DNA of 63,403 nt, counting the filler, from Octopus bimaculoides (Eukaryota): the NCBI RefSeq assembly GCF_001194135.2. It is 4 parts of 3 records of this genome, joined end to end, with 100 filler letters (N's around TTAATTAATTAA, not from the genome) between each part and the next. Parts side by side here need not be neighbours in the genome. Positions count along the whole stretch, not along the records: positions 48,312 to 56,577 come from NC_068984.1; positions 56,678 to 63,403 come from NC_068987.1; 2 more parts are not named here. The stretch is one strand, 5' to 3'. Within the stretch, counting starts at the first letter, position 1. Every line of letters starts with the position of its first letter. A program made the position numbers and the translations under genes. Shown here in pieces: positions 49,313 to 59,699 of this stretch. The notes under the pieces are model-generated. The model worked only from the letters and a program-made list of their open reading frames with translations, was not told where the DNA came from and made no database searches.

Positions 49313-50212
49313 GAGAACGAGAGTGAGAGAGTACTAGATAGATAGATAAATAGATAGATAGATGATACACTATACAAACACACATAAAAATTATACATAC
49401 ACACTAGCGTACTTGCATACATACAAGCATACTTGCATACACAATACACACTCATACACATACTGATATGCATACATGTAGGCATGCAATGTCGTCACCT
49501 TAAATCCGAAGGGTAAAAATAACATTAAAAAAAAAAAACTAGTAAAAACAATTATTGAAAAGTTTGAAGTGAAATTTATTCGAATAAAATTGATAGCACA
49601 ATTTAGAATGTTCGTCTGCTGGTGGTTGGTGGCCTTTTGGGAAAGAGAACAGTGTAATTTGGCGAGCTATTGTCATAACGATCTATATTACATCGATTGT
49701 GGACGCGTCTGTTCATTAGTTAATATTGCTATAGCACATCAAATTATTAATAGCAAGTTTTCCCCCCTTCAAAGTGAATCCTGCCTACTCTGTTCACTGC
49801 AAATATATCTTTGATGATATATCTGGAACGATAAACATAAAGCACGAAGTGAAGTCGGCAGAAAGTTAGGGTGATTGAAATAGGCAGAAAGAATGCGCTT
49901 TGTGAAAATGGCTGACATGAATAATAACTGCCAGTTAGTTGTAAGTCATTAAAGACGCTAACTCATAGCTAGATTGCAATGGCGGAGGAGTGTTGTTTTT
50001 ACGAGTGGAAATTGAGATAAATAGGACGGGTTGTTGATGGTCGTTCCTATACAGGGAAATACAGAAATAGAATCCTCGAAAAGTTACCAATAGAAATAAA
50101 ATGATCTTACAAAAGATGTGGGGTGGGGTGTGGAGGAGAGAAATAAAAACAAAAATAATACATTAATATCATTAGGAATGCCAAACTGGTAATGAGGAAT
50201 TTGGGCTTTGAA

Positions 50213-50256
<44 letters not shown>

Positions 50257-50582
50257 GCACACACATATATATAAACACATATACATATATATGCATATGG
50301 ACATATGCATACATATATATATGCATAAATGTATGTATGTGAGTGTCCTTATGCGTATTAATACAAATACACACACATATACATATATGCATATATGCAC
50401 GTATGTATATATATATGTGTGTGTGCGTGTGTGTGTGCGTGTGTCTGTGCGTGTGTGTGCGTGTGTGTGTGTGTGTGCGTGTGTGTATGTGTGTCTATGT
50501 GTAAATATATCTATTGCACATGGTCGATTTTATCACAACGGTACAATATCTCTGCTGCAACAAACATTGATAATAAAATGAA

Positions 50583-50622
50583 TAACATGAATAATGATAC
50601 TACTACTACTACTACTACTATA

Positions 50623-50671
<49 letters not shown>

Positions 50672-50738
50672 AATAATAATAATGATGATGATGATGATGG
50701 TGGTTGTGGTGGTGGTGGTGGTGGTGATGGTGATGATA

Positions 50739-50782
<44 letters not shown>

Positions 50783-50830
50783 ATCCACAGCAATAGCAGC
50801 GGCAACAACAACGACAACAACCGCTGCGAC
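50583..50830. repeat. Compound trinucleotide microsatellite (TAC, AAT, GAT, GGT, GAT, CAA)
   Basis: Directly visible; explains the poly-T/M/V/S ORFs. Confidence 0.95.
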
Positions 50831-51129
50831 AACGTCTACAACACTTTTTTCTATTTTATTTCTCTTTTCTAAATTTAAATCAACCTCAAAAATATATAAT
50901 TTTCCTTTTATTATTCTTTTTCTACTTTACGTTGTTAAGTTAAATTCTTTTTTCAATAAATCGATTGAATGGTCTCACATTATAATTTTTTTATCGATTC
51001 TTTTAGACAAGCTCGCTATTTCTAGATTAACACTAATGAGTTACATTATATCGTAGTAAACCCAATATATCACTGGTACCTAATTCTCAAATTTCTTGCT
51101 AAATTTACACCATATATACAGCCTTTTTA

Positions 51130-51284
51130 TTCTATATTTAAGGGATGAGAAATTATGTACATTATTTATATTATTTACATTTGACGGATATTTGTCCTTA
51201 TGTTGTGTGTTTTTAACACAACGTTTCGGCTGATGTACCCTCCACGGGCTACTAACCACAAGATTCTGAGTTCGATTCCAGTGA

Positions 51285-51330
<46 letters not shown>

Positions 51331-51744
51331 AAAAAATACCTTACGAATGAGAACTCTTGTTGGAAATTTCCCCAAGACACCTGATGAAGGCTGGAGGGTA
51401 TACCAGCCGAAACGTTGTCATAACAACAAACAAGATGAGGACAAATATCCGTCAAATGTAAATAATGTAAATAATGACGGATATTTGTCCTCATCTTGTT
51501 TGTTGTTAACACAACGTTTCGGCTGATACACCATCCACGGGCATATGGCGTACTGGTTAAGAGCGTGGGCTAATAGCCCCAAGATTCCGAGTTCGATTCA
51601 AGGCAGTGACCTGAATAATATAATAACAATAACAATAATAATAATGATAATAACATCGAAAACTACCTTAGGAATAAGAACCCAGGTTCGAAATTTCCCC
51701 AAGACACCTGATGAAGGCTGGAGGGTACATCAGCTGAAACGTTG
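51130..51744 (+). mobile_element. Tandem/inverted array of a tRNA-headed, hammerhead-containing SINE (family H)
   Basis: Two units of [inverted tail][tRNA-like head with B box at 51268-51279 and 51589-51599; A box 51546-51557][(AAT)n][body][hammerhead][tail]. Confidence 0.85.
51376..51421 (+). ncRNA. Minimal type I hammerhead, copy 1
   Basis: GACAC-CTGATGA-A-GGCTGG-AGGGTATA-CCAGCC-GAAA-CG-TT-GTCAT; the inverted copies show the stem I partner is GTGTT in the family, so this copy has 2 substitutions. Confidence 0.65.
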
Positions 51745-51748
51745 GGTC
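51703..51748 (+). ncRNA. Minimal type I hammerhead, copy 2
   Basis: GACAC-CTGATGA-A-GGCTGG-AGGGTACA-TCAGCT-GAAA-CG-TT-GGGTC; stem I 4 of 5 pairs using bases supplied by an adjoining SINE tail. Confidence 0.6.
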
Positions 51749-51835
51749 GATTTCTTCGAATAAAACGCGTTAAAGCGATGCTCCAGCATTGCCGCAGTCA
51801 GATGACGGAAACAAAGAAACAAGTAAAAGAATAAA
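51745..51835 (+). mobile_element. SINE family A-type 3' tail
   Basis: GGTCGATT..AAAGCGATGCTCCAGCATTGCCGCAGTC..GAAACAAGTAAAAGA. Confidence 0.8.
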
Positions 51836-51839
51836 TTAA

Positions 51840-51906
<67 letters not shown>

Positions 51907-52575
51907 GTATGTATGTATGTAAGAATTTTAATATGAGTAAATGAAATGAAAAACAGGGTTTATTATAAATGACAACAATTGTTTCGGTGCATCTGTATCA
52001 GGTGGTAATTGCTAAATGTTACATACATTATACGCATTATTGCATTGATATTGTCCAACATTAGGTGTATGCATGCTCGCCTTCAGGTAAGTAAGTTCCA
52101 AAGCACTGCCTGTTCCTCTTTAGTTTCTCCTTGATTTACACCCACACCATTATGCCATTTTCGCATTCCATTGACAAAGAACAACATGGAAATACGAATG
52201 GATACAAATGAGAAAAAAACAATATCAAAAATGAATTCGAGGAAATGAAAAAAAGTAAGAATCCCTTTATTTACCCCATTCTTAACCACAGACTTGACTC
52301 ATCTTTTCGGAAAATAGCGAATATTCTACGATAATAATGTCGAGAAATTGTCGTGAACAATTACTTGTCTCTTGTGTCTCTTACCGTACCACTTGAAAGG
52401 AAATCTGTGGTGTATGATCAATTCCTTTGTAAAGCTGGAGACCAGAAGTTGTCTGCCCACGGACTTAATTTTCACTCTATAGAAATAGCATCACCGGGCT
52501 TTGTCACAGCTATTTTATAAGTCATTAAGATATTCATTAAAGTTATCAAATCAAGGTTACTTGCACTCACCGTTA

Positions 52576-52607
<32 letters not shown>

Positions 52608-52708
52608 ATACATACATACATATATACATACATACATACATATACATTTAGACGAGGAGGTTTTGGTGAAGCTTTGTGTAATTTAACGGTAATGTACATC
52701 CATATGGT

Positions 52709-52816
52709 GAAGGAGTGGCTGTGTGGTAAGTAGCCTACTTAGTGTCTTCTACTATAGCCTCAGGCGGACCAAAGTATTGTGAGTGGATTTGGTTGGTGGA
52801 AACTGAAAGAAGCACG
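52709..52816 (+). mobile_element. SINE family A 5' half with internal deletion
   Basis: GGAGTGGCTGTGTGGTAAGTAGC joined to AGTGTCTTCTACTATAGCC..GGAAACTGAAAGAAGC. Confidence 0.8.
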
Positions 52817-53048
52817 GGCAAAAGCAGCTGCACACACCCGCAGCCACACTCGCAAAAATATAATCGTCTAAGAGTCTATAACCCAAGAAAAATATGCACT
52901 GGTATATTTATCACTTGAGTAGGTGCCTTAATCAAAGAGTACAGAACTATATTTAAAATTACAGCCGATAATCTCATTACCTAATATCCTGTGCGAAACC
53001 GACTGGTAAGATCGGGTGTAATGGATCTATAATACTCTATTACTTGGA

Positions 53049-53079
<31 letters not shown>

Positions 53080-53596
53080 CGGCCAGAAGAAATGCAGAGG
53101 ATTCAGAGGTAGTATGCTTCAACTGTTAGACATATCATGTCTATTTATTTATTTTAAACAATTATAAGAATATATATACATATGTAAAGATTGTGTTTTA
53201 CATACATAAGTACCAGTAATTTCTAGGATAGAAAAAGAAGTATATATATATATGCTTGTATGTATGTGTTGGAAATGACTGACAATATTGTAAAATTGGG
53301 ACTCATCATATATATATATATAATCATATTGATTTGATAAATATGGGTCTGAGCATGCGCAGATGATCAAGATGTAGGAGCACTCATTATTTAAATGTAA
53401 CGTGGAAGTAGATCAGTTGAACAGTAGATCTTGTGGGATTATCTTGTCAATGTATGTCAGTCTTGGAATTCTTTTGGAGATTAAGAAAAAACTTCTAGAT
53501 TGACTGACTGGGAACTGGCACTTAGTAGAAAAGTATGTTATGACAATCATCTCTCTTCTGGGAGGCTGCAATTTGGGTCGACATCTATGCAGATTG

Positions 53597-53723
53597 AAGA
53601 AGAAGAAGAAGAAGAAGAAGAAGAAGAAGAAGAAGAAGAAGAAGAAGAAGAAGAAGAAGAAGAAGAAGAAAAATAATAAGAAGAAGAAGAAGAAGAAGAA
53701 GAANNNNNNNNNNAGGAAGAAGA

Positions 53724-53806
<83 letters not shown>

Positions 53807-53818
53807 AAGAAGAAGAAA
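53597..53818. repeat. (GAA)n/(AAT)n compound microsatellite
   Basis: Directly visible. Confidence 0.95.
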
Positions 53819-53983
53819 CCCAGTACGTGGGTGTGGTTGAATGGGTACAAGAACTCTGTAACAGAAATGACACAATGACAATAAATGTTTCAATCCGTTG
53901 TGGAATCTTTAACGAAAAAAATGTTGTTTTTTTTTTCTACTGCAGCAGTAGTCATAACTAATTGAGAGAATATTCGGAAGCTA

Positions 53984-54018
<35 letters not shown>

Positions 54019-54329
54019 GCTTTCATTGTAGTCATTCATCGTCATTGTCATCATTGTCACCATCATCATCATCATCGTCATCATCATCGCAGTTTGTGTA
54101 GATGTGGTTGTTGTCATCGGTCGTCATCTTTATGTTCCCTATTTTAATGGTCTGTGCATTGCATTCGACGCATGTCCTGTATGTTTTCGCTCCGTCGCCA
54201 GCGACTTTGTTCTCTTAAGTTGTCGTGGCACCACCATCCTCCGACGAAGAATATGCGATTCATCCTCAACAAGTTTGTCATTTCGAAGTGGTTGGCTTGG
54301 CTGAAGGGCAACTGTTAATCTCTGTTATT

Positions 54330-54450
54330 TTATAGACACCAAAAGATGTAAATCTACTTGGGTGGAATTTGAACTCAGAACGTAAACACAGATGAAATGC
54401 CACTGAACATTTTCGTCCGAGACACTAACGGTTCAGCCAGCTGGCCATCT
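54330..54450 (-). mobile_element. SINE family B, partial
   Basis: AATTTGAACTCAGAACGTAAA..GAAATGCC..GCCAGCT. Confidence 0.7.
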
Positions 54451-54769
54451 CTGTAGCATGATATACACAGACATGCAAGAAGTAAATAGACACCTTTAAT
54501 TTTCCAGAACTTGTTGGCTTTGAACCACAATTTGAAACCAATATACTGATGTCATTTATAGATTAATGTGGTGGTGGTGTTGCTGCTGCTAGCGCTGGTG
54601 CTGGTGGTGGCGGAGGCGGCGGTGACGGCGGAAGGAAGGGAGAGCATATAATATTTAGTAAGTCTGTATAAGTGTATATTTCGTGGTTGTGTATTTGAAG
54701 GTTATACGTTTGTTCTCCATACACATGTATGTATACTTCCAGGCTCGCCTACGCCAAAAGTGATACAGA

Positions 54770-54891
<122 letters not shown>

Positions 54892-55488
54892 AAATGCGTA
54901 CACACTTACACATCTATATGCGTGAGAACATTTATTTTAATTTATAATATTTTAGAGAAGACACACCCAATATATATAATGTTCAAAAGACATTCAATGT
55001 TTATCTGACACGCTTCTACTTTGATCTTCAAAGATAATTTGGATTGAGACATGAGTGTGGGAGAATGCTGGTCAGATATCAGACAACTTCCATATCTATC
55101 TATCTATCTGTCTGAATACCAATATGTCTATGTATCTATCGATTGATCAATCTCTGTGCCTATTTACATCTATCTTTTTAGTTAGATATCTGTCTGCCTA
55201 TTTATTTGCTATTTATGTTTATACTTATTTATCTATCTATGTATCTACCTATCTCGGCCACTACCTACCTACGTGTCTTCTTGATTAAAACTTGTTTCCA
55301 TGTACGACTGCCTGTCTAATATACAGTCTGACGCTATCCTTCGTGGGATGAAACAGGTGGCTATATTAAGTTATCGAAAAGTCGAATTGCAATAATAATC
55401 TTTACTCTACGAAAGTATTGGGTTATCTCTTTCGTAGTAGGAGTACAACGTGGTGCATCCTAATTACTTGTTAACACTCTTGAAGGGT

Positions 55489-55622
55489 TGTTGTTGTTGT
55501 TACCCCCTTCGGTCATGAATGACCGTGAGATTGCACCTAGAAAGTTACCTTGTGAGACTCAATTCTGGCGAAGGTTGTTTATGGAAGACCAGCAGTCGCC
55601 TATGCATACCAGCCTCTCTTCT
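55489..55622 (-). mobile_element. 3' part of a further SINE-like repeat with (CAA)n tail
   Basis: Minus: GCATAGGCGACTGCTGGTCTTCCATAAACAACCTT..GGTAACTTTCTAGGTGCAATC..GACCGAAGGGGGTAACAACAAC; family recognition only. Confidence 0.5.
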
Positions 55623-55628
55623 CTCTTC

Positions 55629-56049
55629 TCCACCTTCGAATGAGAGCATGTATCCCTGCCCTGGAAAATTCTGTTGACTGTTCTTTGAGCCGCTTCTTCA
55701 CTACAGTTTTCACTTCCTCGTCGTCTGGAATAATGTTTGCCTGTCAAATCCTCTTTTATGGGAGCCAAAGAGATAATAGTCTGAAGGTGCTAAATTATTC
55801 CAGTGACGAGGAAGTGAAAACTGTAGTGAAGAAGTGGCTCAAAGAACAGTCAACAGAATATTAAGGGGCTGGGATACATGCTCTCATTCGAAGGTGGAAC
55901 ATTGCTATTGAGAGAAACGGTGACTTCTGTTGAGAAGTAGGGATGTGATCCACAGAGGACCAACTTCATTTTGATGTATGATACATGTTCTTGTGTTGGT
56001 AATTATACCTGTCCTAAACAAAATGGCATTACGTTTTGACTCACCGTCG
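55629..56049 (+). mobile_element. Mariner-derived 3' fragment with internal fold-back duplication
   Basis: 55629-55734 is the reverse complement of 55794-55898 (about 7 differences); encodes SDEEVKTVVKKWLKEQSTE..GIHALIRRWNIAIERNG; ends TTTTGACTCACCGTCG-TA. Confidence 0.85.
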
Positions 56050-56085
56050 TATATCTAGTATTTTTGGCGTGTGGATTTCGCCCAC

Positions 56086-56397
56086 GGCACGCAGCTTAGT
56101 TGCTAAGGCATTCGGTTCTCGGTCGTAGGGTTCTGAGTTCAATACCCGGTGGGGCATTGTGTCCTGAAGCAAAACACTTCCTTCTACGTTTGTCTAGTCC
56201 TCTCAGCTGGCAAAAATGCACCTGTATTTCAGAGGACTAGTATTGCCATATTTTGTGTCACATTTAATCTCCCTGAGAACTACATTCAGGGCACATGTGG
56301 CTGTGGAGGGGTCAGTTATTTGAACGTAGATTTCATGAGCAGGCTGTTCCATTGGTCAGATCAACGGGAACACACGTGGTCGTAACCAACGGAGAAC
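56086..56397 (+). mobile_element. tRNA-derived SINE family C
   Basis: A-box-like GCAGCTTAGTTGCTAAGG, B box GAGTTCAATACC, then GTGTCCTGAAGCAAAACACTT conserved-domain-like block. Confidence 0.7.
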
Positions 56398-56535
56398 CGG
56401 TTTTACTTATCGATTGGTCTGTCTATTTTTCTATATACCTACCTATCTAACTACATATGTATGCCCACAAAAAAAACACACACATGCATAAATATATTCA
56501 TACAGACATACATACTTATATATGTATATATATAT

Positions 56536-56577
<42 letters not shown>

Positions 56578-56989
56578 NNNNNNNNNNNNNNNNNNNNNNN
56601 NNNNNNNNNNNNNNNNNNNNNTTAATTAATTAANNNNNNNNNNNNNNNNNNNNNNNNNNNNNNNNNNNNNNNNNNNNTATATATATCGTGTGTGTTTGTA
56701 TGAAATCTGTAAAATATGTCATTCTTGGAAAAAGAAATATCTTGAGAACAAAAAGTTTTATATTCAATTTCATATATAAATATGTATGTATGTATGAAAC
56801 TGACCAACTAAATACAATTTATGATAAAGATTTGCAGTTTTATTTTGATTAAAATACCAGCTACTTACAGCAGAGAAAAACCTTTTAATACAGTTCACCT
56901 GTATTCAGTGTCTCTGACTCTCACTCACTCCAATTCCATTTGTTATTTTAGTCTTCTTCTACAGCACGACCAATGTGATACACATTGCA

Positions 56990-57038
<49 letters not shown>

Positions 57039-57040
<2 letters not shown>

Positions 57041-57235
57041 GGCAGTGAACTGGCAGAATCATTAGCATACTGGGCAAAATGCTAAGCTGTGAGTTCAAAT
57101 TCCACTGAGATTGACTTTGCCTTTCATCCTTTCGGGGTCAACAAAATAAGTACCAGTTGAGCACTGGGGTTGATGTAATTGGCTTGTCCCCTTCTCCAAA
57201 ATTTCAGGCATTGTGCCCACAGTAGAAAGGATTAC
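57039..57235 (+). mobile_element. SINE family B, full length, after (ATT)n
   Basis: AAGGCAGTGAACTGGCAGAATC..GAGTTCAAATTCC..TTTCATCCTTTCGGGGTC..CTGGGGTTGATGTAAT. Confidence 0.85.
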
Positions 57236-57239
57236 CCCT

Positions 57240-58787
57240 ATTATTTTGGTTTGGCTCAGGTAGGATTTATGTGGGTAGTTGGTTACTACCTGTAACCTTA
57301 GGTATCCACAAGTTTTCAGCAGTATTTCAAGTGCTTAGAACCCTCCTGATAATCCTTGCTGTCCCTAAGAGACACATTTCTGTAGGAGCTCTACCGGGCA
57401 TTCTATTACAATCTCTTTCAGCCATTTGCTTATATCTTTGCTTAGTGTTCTAAATGCAACAGTTATTATAGGCACAACCTTTGCTGTTCTCATGCTCCAA
57501 ATTCTTCCTATTTCAACTTTTAAGAGATTCTTTTATTCTTTTATTTGTTTCAGCCATTTGACTGAGGCCATGCTGGAGCAACACCTTTAGTTGAGCAAAT
57601 CGACCCCAAGACTTATTCTCTGTAATCCTAGTACTTATTCTATCGGTATCTGCCAAACCGCTAAGTTATGTTGATGTAAACACACCAGCATCCGGTTGTC
57701 AAGCGATGGTGGGGGGACAAACACAGACACACACACAGACATGCACACAGACACATTTACATATACATACATATATATATANNNNNNNNNNNNNNNNNNN
57801 NNNNNNNNNNNNNNNNNNNNNNNNNNNNNNNNNNNNNNNNNNNNNNNNNNNNNNNNNNNNNNNNNNNNNNNNNNNNNNNNNNNNNNNNNNNNNNNNNNNN
57901 NNNNNNNNNNNNNNNNNNNNNNNNNNNNNNNNNNNNNNNNNNNNNNNNNNNNNNNNNNNNNNNNNNNNNNNNNNNNNNNNNNNNNAACCATATGGTTGGT
58001 AAGCAAGCTACTTACCACACAGCTACTCCTGCACCTATGTATTTTTTTTGTTTTTTGTTCTCTTTCTTTATGATCCTGGAATCAAACAGGCATGATGGGT
58101 CGATCAGTAAGCAACGTTGCTTTACCTTATCAATAATTGTTATGTCGGGTCTTATTTTCTAACTTCTTGTCCATTTGAATAGGAAAGTCCCACAAAATCT
58201 TACATTTCTCCAGCTCCAGTACTCTTTCAACTTGGTGAGTGTACCATGAGTTTCCAGCTTCAAATCCCCATTTCTAGCACATTTCTAGCACATTTCTGCT
58301 CATGCCCCCATTTCTTATATTCTTCCTGTACCGATTTGGGGCATTCTTCCACAATGTGTGCCACTGTCTCGTTCCAAGTTCCACAGGCTCTACATTTTTC
58401 TGACACATTCTCTCCATATATATTTTTTCTCAAGTTGTTTGTTTTTATCACTTGATCTTCGGCTGCTAGTTAGGTTCTCTGTTACTTTTTTAATTGCCCC
58501 ATTTTTAACCAAGCCCAGGATTTTGTTCAGTGGCTCTCCAAAATTGACTCTGCTGGGGTTTCTCTTCAATCAATCTGGTGTGCTCTCCTTGTATTTCATT
58601 CCTGTCATTTTCTCCTATTATGCGCTTGATCACCTGTTCTTTATTTACTGTCTTTAGTAGTACTGCTCTGCAAATACCCTCCTAGGCTTTTTCTTTCCAT
58701 CTGTACACATTCTTCTACTGCTATTAAGCCTTTTCCATCCTGGTCTCTCCTCTAGTTTTTCTGTTAAGTTTCTTTATATCATTTGTA

Positions 58788-58790
<3 letters not shown>
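57240..58790 (-). mobile_element. Dong/R4-clade LINE 3' part (CCHC plus restriction-like endonuclease), interrupted by a SINE
   Basis: CRACG..ETVAHIVEEC; KILWDFPIQMDKKLE; VEIGRIWSMRT.KVVPI..ELLQK; the 5' junction abuts (ATT)n at 58790-58865. Confidence 0.85.
57530..58037 (-). mobile_element. SINE family A inserted in the Dong-like LINE
   Basis: Tail and head flank an N-gap that falls at the internal microsatellite. Confidence 0.88.
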
Positions 58791-58853
<63 letters not shown>

Positions 58854-59030
58854 TACTATCATTATTTATGGCTGTCAGCTTAGTAAGCCACACTTGACCT
58901 TGCTCCATGGATTCTATAAACAAAATCACCAATAGCTTTTGTGTACACTTCTGGAATTTATATCATTATGGACAAGTTAATCACTGCCAACTGGTAAGTT
59001 TCCTTATGTGTGTTGCCCCTTGTCTTGGGA

Positions 59031-59500
59031 GGCATCATTCATCATCATCCTTTAATGTCTGTTTTCCATGCTTACATGGTTTGGACAGTTTGACTGAGGT
59101 CTGGAAAGCCAGCAGCTGCACCAGGCTCCAATCTGATCTGGCAATGTTTCTACAGCTGTATGCCCTTCCTAACGCCAACCACTTTGAGAGTGTAGTGGGT
59201 GCTTTTTACATGCCACCAGCACAGGAGCTAATCAGGTTGGCCTGGCATTAATCGTGTTCGAATAGTGCTTTTTACGTGCCACCTGCCCAAGAGCCAGTCA
59301 GGCAGACCTGGCATCGACCTTGTTCGGATGGTGTTTTTTTACGTACCACCGGCACAGGAGCCAGTCAGGGGACACTGGCATTGACCACATTCGGATGGTG
59401 CTTTTTACATGCCACCAGCACAGGAGCCAGTCAGGGAATGCTGGCATTAACCACGTTTGGATGATGCACTTTATGTGCCACTGGAATGGGAGCCAGTCAT
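59031..59500 (-). mobile_element. RTE 3' UTR with ~4.5 tandem 66-bp units
   Basis: Units start at 59199, 59265, 59331, 59398 and 59464. Confidence 0.85.
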
Positions 59501-59699
59501 GGGGTCTTCTTGATTTAATTTTGATTGCATTGCAAAATTTTTTCATTTTCTTTCCCTCCATGAAGAAAACTTCTCTGAATGCAGTGATGCTCATATGTGA
59601 GAAAGAGGGAGAGAGTGAGGAGCATCACCGGATCATAATGAGAGAGAGAGTACAAGCACAATGCACCATGTCACCCCATTTAGAAAACAGACAATTAGT

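Noticed and set aside
51541-51612. Possible tRNA gene (also SINE heads at 23.9, 56.1 and 57.0 kb)
   Set aside because: A and B boxes are present but there is no acceptor stem or terminator; each continues into a SINE body.
59199-59500. CRISPR-like periodic array
   Set aside because: Whole units are homologous, with no unique spacers or cas genes; eukaryotic LINE UTR.
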